Shown here: positions 55,142-64,000 of the stretch, in pieces
Layout of the letters: each line of letters opens with the position of its first letter
Numbering within the stretch: position 1 is the first letter of the stretch
Origin: Batkoa obscura
Lineage: Eukaryota
DNA length: 64,000 bases
Direction: 5' to 3'
Assembly: GCA_030770535.1 (NCBI GenBank)
Contig: JASVEC010000015.1
Span: 124,001 to 188,000, forward strand
The notes under the pieces: generated by a model
The model's database searches: none
What the model saw: the letters and a program-made list of their open reading frames with translations, nothing else
Told to the model about the DNA's origin: nothing
Program-made: the position numbers and the translations under genes

Positions 55142-56602
55142 ATGGCTTATTTAACAGTAAATCAAACTCCAAGTTTAAATTTAAATTTAAATAACAGTCA
55201 AGAATTATCCAATACAAATAGTAACAATATTGGTAATAACTCTATGTCTGATATACAGCTAACTCCCCAAGACAACGCTATAAATACCAATGATACCAAT
55301 GATACCAATGATACCAATGATACCAATGATACCAATAACACATTATCAGAAGATAAATCTCTAGCCACTATATGCAGTAACTGTGGTACAAAAAAGACGC
55401 CATTGTGGCGACGAGATAATGATGGCCAACCGTTATGTAATGCATGTGGTTTATACTATAAAACTAATAATGCTTTACGTCCAATCTGTAAAGGAAAAAA
55501 AAGCAAAGAAGAAGATAACAATGAGGATCCAAGCCAAGTGAAAGGCACTTGTCCAGGGGATGGAAACTGTGATGGTACCGGAGGTAAAGTGGCTTGTGAT
55601 GGTTGTCCAGCTTATAATCAACAATTGGATAAAAAATTATTGGAATGTTTTAATTGTAAAACTAGTAATACACCATTATGGCGTAGGGATGAAATGGGTC
55701 GAAATATGTGTAATGCTTGTGGTTTACATTATAAAACTCATGGTAAACATAGGTCCATTTATTTAAAATCGGAAGTCATTAAAAGGAGACGTAGATTTGC
55801 TAATAATAGTAAGGTAAAAGAAAAAATTAATAAAAATAAAAAGGAAGGTAATGGGATTGAGGACAATATGGATATAGAGCAAGTACCTAATATTGAAGAT
55901 TTTATTCAGCCTAACAAGAAATACAATGTTAATGCTCAACAAGCAGAGCCTAAAATTAAGATTATACCTCAAATGTCTGAATCTAGTATTATGACTGAAA
56001 AAGACAACCATAGTCCATTGATTAATAATACAGCTATCAATATTAATGAATTACATTTAAAATTATCGCAAACTAAAGCATTAACTGAAAATAATGTTAT
56101 TAATCAAAATAATAATAGTGATAATAATTTTAAATTACCCCCTATCAATTCTTTTTTTTTTGATAACAAGCAAACCGCTGATCCCCTCCCTACTACCAAT
56201 AAGAATCATAGCAGTAACAACGAAATAGTAAACTATTCAAATAATAGTGTAGAAATTAACTACAAACATAGCAATACTACTCCTACTTTAAACTATAAAC
56301 AAGCACCATTACAACTTTTACCCCAAGCACTTGGGCCTCAATGTAACTCATACAATCCCAATTTAAGCTATGAAAATTTAATATCGCATCGCAATGAATT
56401 AATGAATGAAGTTAATAACTTAAATCGATTATTAAAAAATACCAATCATTTATTAATGAATTTAGATCATATGATTACCAACTTTGAACAACCTCAAAGG
56501 TCACCAAAACCACCCAATTCTTCTCCAAAATTTTTGGGAAATGGAAGGCAACAACAGCAAAATAAAAGTCCTAGTTCTAATGAGTTTTATAAATACTCAT
56601 AG
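55142..56602 (+). CDS. sreA: Iron-responsive GATA repressor (SreA/Fep1/Urbs1 type)
   Basis: Two CxxC-x17-CNAC GATA fingers flanking the Cys-rich [25 protein letters not shown], plus C-terminal coiled coil. Confidence 0.92.
   Translation: MAYLTVNQTPSLNLNLNNSQELSNTNSNNIGNNSMSDIQLTPQDNAINTNDTNDTNDTNDTNDTNNTLSEDKSLATICSNCGTKKTPLWRRDNDGQPLCNACGLYYKTNNALRPICKGKKSKEEDNNEDPSQVKGTCPGDGNCDGTGGKVACDGCPAYNQQLDKKLLECFNCKTSNTPLWRRDEMGRNMCNACGLHYKTHGKHRSIYLKSEVIKRRRRFANNSKVKEKINKNKKEGNGIEDNMDIEQVPNIEDFIQPNKKYNVNAQQAEPKIKIIPQMSESSIMTEKDNHSPLINNTAININELHLKLSQTKALTENNVINQNNNSDNNFKLPPINSFFFDNKQTADPLPTTNKNHSSNNEIVNYSNNSVEINYKHSNTTPTLNYKQAPLQLLPQALGPQCNSYNPNLSYENLISHRNELMNEVNNLNRLLKNTNHLLMNLDHMITNFEQPQRSPKPPNSSPKFLGNGRQQQQNKSPSSNEFYKYS
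55285..55336. repeat. In-frame 9-bp tandem repeat (ACCAATGAT)n encoding TND repeats
   Basis: Read directly from the sequence. Confidence 0.9.
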
Positions 56603-57219
56603 TTGGAAAGTATATATTTTTTTGGGTACTGGGGATTACAGTGGAGTTCAAGTTTAAATATGTTTTTATAATTATACATAGGTAGAGAGACCATAATATG
56701 TAGAAAACAATATCTTTTTTGAACCTTTTTCACTTTTAAAAATAATTTTATTATACATATACATTGATTAAATAATTTATTTCTTTTTTTTAGTTATTGA
56801 TTTTTTTATATTTACTTTTCATTTTAATTTACTTATATTACATATAAATATCTTTTTTGGTTTTAATTATTTTCTATTTTTTATGGAATATAATAAGGAT
56901 TGACAGTTAAATATTGAATCAAAAAGCCATCAGATACATTAGAAATTAATCTGTGAAAAGTCGATTAAATATATTATAATAAAAATAAATTTAACAAATC
57001 AAAAAAATTCAAAACTATAATTTCAGTACAAAAAAGATGTATTAATATTAGTTAGGATTATACTTGAAACAATACTTTACCATATAGCCATATGGATCAA
57101 ATTAAATGAAAGCTGGATGTTAAAAAAAGTAGTAGAATGAAGGCAGATAAATAGTAATTAATTTATCAAAAACATATCGAAAGGTATTAAATTTTTTTAA
57201 ACAGATATCGTTTCTCAAT

Positions 57220-58780
57220 CTAACTATAACAGGATCGGCAAGTTAATAATGCAATAAATTGACTAAAGCCTCCTTTTTTATCTTTTCCTTCTTTAGGACT
57301 TGATCCCGTCTTTGGTGTAACTGCTGGTTGGGAAGTTTGTAAATGTCCTTGATCTCCAGAACTAAACCCATCTGCAGGCTTTAATCCCTGGATTACTCGA
57401 TAATGTTGTGAAAGGCTAGGTTCTTCGTTAGGTGTCATCAAACCAGAGCCATTCTGAGTGAGTCGGCTACCATCTCCAAATTCACCTTTTCTAGCATTAT
57501 ACAATGCTGCTTTTGACCCTGGCATTGTTTGACGCGTACCATTGTCTGGCTCCTTATTATGTTTATATGATGGTACTGAAGGTGATTTATTTTGATCGAT
57601 TTTAACTAACCAATCAAATCCTTCATCTTCTTCCTTAATTCCTAATTTACTTAATACTTTATCCATTAAGCCTCGAAGATAATCATAATCTGGTGTTTCT
57701 TCAAAAGCCATTTTGCGGGTATAATTCATATAGATTGCAAACTCTTCAGGGAAGCCAGAGCAAAGTTCTTTGATAGGTGTAAGTTGTTTTGTTTCTGAAA
57801 TCTTTTCGTATTTTTGTTTATTATTGGCTGCTTTGAGTCCTTGCCAAGGTAAAGAGCCTCTAAGGAAGTACATGAATACATGGCCTAGAGCTTCCAAATC
57901 ATCTCGACGGCTTTGTTCTCTACCCAAATGTGTATTTATACTCATGTATCTCGCAGTTCCACTCAAACTTTTACGCTCACGGTAAGGAATGTGTTGCTTT
58001 GTCTTTGGATCCCGATATTGCTTTACCATACCAAAATCCACCATATGTACCAAGTTGGCGTTTTTGGAATGTGGTTTACCCATAAGAAAATTGTCTGGTT
58101 TAATATCACGATAGATCAATGACTTTTCATGTACAGATTGAACACGAGAGATCTAAATTTAAATTTAATATAAAATTTTAATAAATTGAGCTAGAAAATA
58201 CTGACCATTTGCTTTGCTAACAAAGCTACTGTTTTGACGCTGAATTTTCTACGACACATGTCAAAAAGATCTTCTAAAGAAGGACCTAAAAGATCAATAC
58301 ATAATACATTATAGAGTCCTTCTTGTCCAAAATAATATGCTCCAGGAATACCAGCTGATAATAGGTTAAATTGTATTTTATAAAATCAAAATAAAATGTA
58401 CGTAAGTTGGCAAGGATACGATAAGCACGATACTCATCTCTAAGCTGAGGTACTTCCGCCTTACGAGGTTCCTAAAAGGTGTTAATAACCAGTATATAGA
58501 ACATTAACTTAACCTTACAAACTTGATAGCCACTGGCTGATTATTTAATAAATTGGTACCTAAATAGATTAAATAGATAGATTATTTATTATATAATTAG
58601 TTTTAATATTGATTCTTTACCAGCGTAAATAACTCCAAAACTACCCTCCCCAATCTTTTTTTCTACTCTATAATGGACACCAACAATGTTCGGTTGACCA
58701 GAACGTGATGAGCTTGAAGAATGATGACTATGCTGACCTGTGGGTGCAGCACTGGTTCGACGTTGATGTGCTTGAGCCAT
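57220..58780 (-). CDS. Casein kinase I (Yck1/2, Cki type), multi-exon
   Basis: [44 protein letters not shown], Cys-containing C-terminus. Confidence 0.95.
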
Positions 58781-60709
58781 AATAGTCGGTTATATAATAA
58801 CTGAGATTCTAGAACAAGAACATTAGTTAAAAAGGAACTTATCAAAGGTTGATTCAAAACTCATTATCCAATTTATGTATGTATTTATCATAAGTATCTG
58901 CTTTATAATATGATGTAAAACATATCAACTTACATTAACTAAAAAAATTGGAACAAAAAAAAGGTTATTATTAATTTAAATAAACAACTCTTTTTTTAAA
59001 AAAAACAGCAATTTCTAAAATTTATTTAATAAAAAGCCCTTTGTACTAATAGCTCAATTTTTCTTAGCAATATTGAATTCCCCAACAATTTAGTTGACTA
59101 CCTTCAACAAAATTTTAAGTTAAAGTGGCTTAATTAAAGGATCTTATTGGTGTAATTTAATTGGCCAAAATAATACCATCTTTCATCTATCATTGGGTAT
59201 CATTAAATCAATGGCTTGGATGGATACTATCTTTTTAAAATCAAGGTAACCCCAGTCATTTTTAATACCCAATTAAATAGATAAATTTCTCAAGTTGTTG
59301 GTGTTTGCGGACAATAAATGATTGGCTATTCAGTCTAGTATCATTCATTATAAATATAATCAATATATTAAGCTAATATACATTACTCTTATTATGTAGT
59401 TATATAAGTACTATTAACTTATTCTACTATTATTACTATAATCTGCTTTAATGTAGTTACCACATTATTAGCACTTTATTAACTTACCATATAAAAACTA
59501 TCTTAAACTCATTTTCTAATTATAGTTGTTTTTTAAAATAAGCTTCTCTGGACAAATTAAAATGCGAAAATCAACCAATTATAGATTTATCAAGAACATC
59601 CATATATTTATCCAATCAGGGTTCAATAAGTTAAAATAGAACTTTGTTTTCTTTTATCATAATAGTATAATCTTGTGTCTGTTATAATATTGTATAAACA
59701 TATTTGTAATACACTCCTCATAGATAATATAATTTATTGCAATTGATACTTGGCTTATAAAATAAATTAGCCTAATAGAAACTACAATTGAATTATCCTC
59801 ACTTTTCAAAATCTTTAATTTATCTTTGTATATTAACTGAATCTATTAACTAATTTATTAATAGATTTTCAAAATTAGGGTTTAACAAAAAATGAATCTA
59901 TATATCAAAAACATCAAAATAGTATAAATAATGAAAGGAAACAAAGATATATTAAAGCGAAAGCATATCCAAAATAATTATATAAAAGTATTTAACTATA
60001 AAAAATAAGAATTCTGATATAAAAAATTGACAAATATTTAAATCATTGTGATTTAAAAGTTACAGATATATAAAAAATGATCAAAATGTGCGATTATTTA
60101 AAAATCTGATCTTAGTAACGTTATATACTATAATAGTAGAAATGATCGTATTAAAGTTCTACGATAATAAACTTACAAAAATGGTTTTAATATGATCCTG
60201 ATATTATTATATCCAACTTGTAACAGTGAATTATTATAAACACCCTAGTCCTTTAATTAACTAACTTGATAAACGCTTGTTCCCTAGTGAGCCAGGTTTT
60301 TAATGTCATTCATTATAAATAAGCATGATTATTGCGTAAAAAACCCTGAATGTTTTAAAACAAATTTAGCTGACTTTATCAATTTAAGATACTAGTTTAT
60401 AGTTTCATATGTATTTTAATACATAATAGCATAATTATTCAGTAACTTATATGAAACCTTTATTAACACTTTAAGGCAGTGATAATGGTTTGTTTTGTTT
60501 TTACTGCTAGTTTTCAAATTTTAAACTCACATATTTCTCTTCAGCTTTTTTGAATTTTTAGAATGACTCATTGAACTACGCTTAAATTTCCAACCAAATT
60601 TTTTTTCTAATGCAGCAAATGAAATTGTATAGTCCCATAAACTTAAGTAAGCTTAAGTTTGAGTTACTATAAAAAAGTAGCAGTTTTTTTAAAAAAAATA
60701 AAAATAGAA

Positions 60710-62032
60710 ATGTCAGATAGTGAACTTGTAGATAAAGTCAAAAATTTGACTATTGAAGACAAAGAAGAAGAGGTAAACTAAATACCTTGTACTTATTGTT
60801 CTTGTTTAATAGATGTATATTTTTAATTCAAATAGCCTGTCTTCGACCCCTCTTTAAAAAAGAAAAAGAAAAAGAAGTCAGTTGCTTTTGCTGGTTTAGA
60901 TGACGACGAGGAAGAAGAAGCTGATAAAAAAGAAAAGAATGAAGAAGGCGAAGGCGAAGATGAAGGTAATAAAAAACAATGACTCATTTGACTGCTAAAC
61001 TAATAATTCAAGATGAAGAAATAAATGAAGCAGCTTTGTTTGCAGATAAAAAGAAGAAAAAGAAGAAGAAGAAGGTAAGTATCATTTATCTATTATTAAA
61101 TTAAAAAGCTAATTTTTAGCCTGTTCAAGAGGATGATGAAGATTCAGTAATCCCAGAAAAAAAGAAGGGATCAAAGAAAGCCTCAGCTGAAGAAGACGAA
61201 GAAGATAACGAAAACGAACAAGAAGAAGATGAAGAAGAACAAGGTTTTTAATTTTTAAACTGTTAAAAAACTGGTATTAAATAATTAGATGCTGATGATG
61301 ATGACGAAGTAGAAGGTTGGATTGGAACCGATCGTGATTATACATATAAAGAAGTAAGTCTTCTGTTTACTTACCATGGATGAAGAATTAGATTAACTTG
61401 AATTTTGTTTAGCTTATAAATAGATTTTATAAGATTTGTAGACAAAGTAATCCAGAACTTGGAGGCGAAAAGAAGAGGTTTACAATTGTACCACCTCAAG
61501 TTTCACGTGAAGGAAGTAAAAAGACAGCCTTTAGTAATATTTCAGATATCTGTAGACGGTAAGTTAAAACGATAAGTTAAATATCATGCATGATTGATAA
61601 TTTTTGATAGTTTAAATCGTTCACTTGATCATTTCACTCAGTTCCTCTTTACTGAATTGGGTACTACTGGTTCCGTTGATGGTAGTCAAAGACTGATCAT
61701 CAAAGGTCGATTCCAACAAAAACAAATGGAAACTATTATTCGTCGTTATATTGGTAAGTTCTATAATACACTGTAATAATATGTGTTAATTTATCTATTA
61801 CAATTAGTTGAATATGTGACTTGTAAAATTTGTAAATCACCAGATACAACCCTTTCAAAAGAGAATCGTTTAACATTTATGCAATGTCAAAGCTGTAACT
61901 CTACCCGTTCCGTTTCAGCAGTTAAAACTGGGTATCAAGCTAATCTTATTAAACGTACTAAACGTAAACCGGTAAGAATATAAAATATACTTTGTTTAGT
62001 ATTTATGTTTTAATAGTAATTTTTAGGCTTAA
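60710..62032 (+). CDS. SUI3: Translation initiation factor eIF2-beta, multi-exon, probable terminal micro-exon (GCT TAA)
   Basis: Poly-Lys boxes, [35 protein letters not shown]. Confidence 0.95.
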
Positions 62033-62674
62033 AATAAAGACTAGTATCGGTTGGTTTAATACGGATTCTTTTATAATATCTATGGTATTCTATTGTAGTT
62101 TAATCCATTTATATTAAATTTCTGTTTAAAGACTCTTAATAAAATTAAAATTGATAATGTTAGATAATTTTAGTAGTTTAAGTTTATTAGTAGTGATAGA
62201 AGCTGTTTTGTTTTTTGTAATTTTATGGAATTATAGTATTAAAATTATAAGGATTTTTGATAATCAATATGAATTTATAGTATTGCTCTAACGGTTAATT
62301 TTTTTAAACTTTTTAAACTTATTTTCAAGTTTTAGCTTGAAAAAACAGAATTTTTTAAACTTGAACAATTTGATAAAATATGACTTCATCTTGTTCGATT
62401 AGTTTCCTTAATTATTCAGGGACCTCAAAAAATGTTCAACACATTGAATCCTCATTTGCTCATTTCCATTACCAAAAGCACAACATTTTAAACTTTAGAA
62501 AAATCGAAATAAGCTCAAAATAATAACGTTGGTAACGAAGAGTTCAAACTTTAGCAGTCCATTCTTTTTTTATTGAGATAAAACAAAAGTTCAAACAATA
62601 ATTTTATAAGCTTCTAGTTTTTAATGTTAATTTAATTATTATTATTAATTTCAAAAAACATTAATATAATAATC

Positions 62675-64000
62675 ATGATAAAAACAACCCAGTCTCAAGA
62701 TAAATTACAAAACAACTTGACGAAAAGAAGACAGGACTTGTGGAATAGGATAATTAACGAAAAAGAAAATTTAAACATAGACCAAGGAAGTATATGCGTA
62801 GATAGTTTAATAGATATATTACTCGCTTTATTTGATGATTGTAAAAATATTGAGGCTGGTGTCAATGAAAATATTGCTACTTTTTTAACCAAATATCAAC
62901 CAAGTATTAATAAGATTAGAGCTTTGAGATTAAACAAATATGACTTTCAAGTACTTAAAAAACTAGCTAAAGGCCATTTTGGAACTGTAAGATTATTTGT
63001 TTTACTTTATATTAATAAGATTTATTTATCTTACTTTTTTTAATAAAAGGTATCTGTGGTTAGAAATAAACTAGATAACCGTATCTATGCAATGAAAACG
63101 TTAAATAAGATGTATTTGTTAAGATGTAAAGAGGTATTGTATTTAGATCAATAGTAAAAGCATAAATTAATTATTAAATTTAAAGTTGTCGTTTTTTATG
63201 GAAGAAAAAGAAGTTTTATCTCTATCAAAATATTCCCCTTGGATACCAAAGCTATATGCCGCTTTTCAAGATAGTGAGAATTTATATTTAGTCATGGAAT
63301 TTGCAGGAGGAGGAGATCTATTTAGTTTATTGGATCGTAATTATCCACCAATTATAAATGAAGAAGAAGCCAAGTTTTATATTGGTGAAATTGTGTTAGC
63401 ATTAAGTGATTTACATAGTATGGGCTTTGTTCATAGGTAATTAGTTAAAAGTCCAAGTTAATGGGAATAAATTATTAATGCGTTATTTTAATAGAGATTT
63501 AAAGCCGCAAAATATACTGATCGATAATCAAGGCCACATCAAGCTAGCGGATTTTGGATCCTGTATCCAACTCAATAATCAAAGTTCTGTCACTTCGAAT
63601 ATACCAGTTGGAACAAGTGATTATATATCACCCGAGGTGCTTAGAGCTCAGGAAGGGAATACAAATTATGGAGTAGAATGTGATTGGTGGTCTGTTGGTG
63701 TTCTGATTTATGAATTGCTTCAAGGGGACCCGCCATTTAGTTCTGAAAATTTAATGGAAACTCATAGTCAAATTATGAACCATAAAGTAAATTCATGTAA
63801 TGAACTTTTATATAATAGTAGCTAATAGTAAATTATCATAGAATAATTTAATGTTTCATGGTATTTATCCAATTTCAGAAGAAGCAAGGGATCTTATTGA
63901 AAAGTAAATAGAATCTTAATATTTATCTAAAATCTAAGTCTTTATCGTTTTTAGATTAATTTGTGACCGAGAAGTTCGGTTAGGGAAAAATGGAGTAGAA
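62675..64000 (+). CDS. ROCK/MRCK/citron-like AGC kinase, 5' part, multi-exon
   Basis: VDSLIDILLALFDDC..IRALRLNKYDF N-terminal extension, VHRDLKPQN, KLADFGSC, VGTSDYISPEVLRAQEG..YGVECDWWS. Confidence 0.85.

Overview
The window is AT-rich eukaryotic DNA with many very short introns. The gene set points to an early-diverging fungus (inference). Host genes occupy both flanks: CRM1, SGT2, SEC22, FAM32A-like, RSP5 and a group III hybrid histidine kinase on the left; a bHLH factor, SSL2/XPB, a p24 protein, F-box and LRR proteins, tRNA-Glu, an SreA-type GATA factor, casein kinase I, eIF2-beta and a ROCK/MRCK-like kinase on the right. Between them (~19.1-38.2 kb) is an intronless, gene-dense, visibly less AT-rich island: a decaying endogenous Nucleocytoviricota-like element. 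It carries unusually compact RPB1/RPB2 RNA polymerase subunits, a D6/D11 helicase, an A7-like early transcription factor, an mRNA capping enzyme, a D5 helicase, an RNA-primed-type family B DNA polymerase, a probable SSB and an intact secreted NucA/NucB-like nuclease gene. It also has its own recurring upstream motif (AATTGAAGAT) and post-stop motif (TAAAAAAGACTT). I could not recognise a capsid or packaging ATPase gene. A 1.8-kb Sola-like DNA transposon sits inside the viral DNA, and a ~100-bp MITE family with 4-bp TSDs occurs 13 times, once nested in that transposon.
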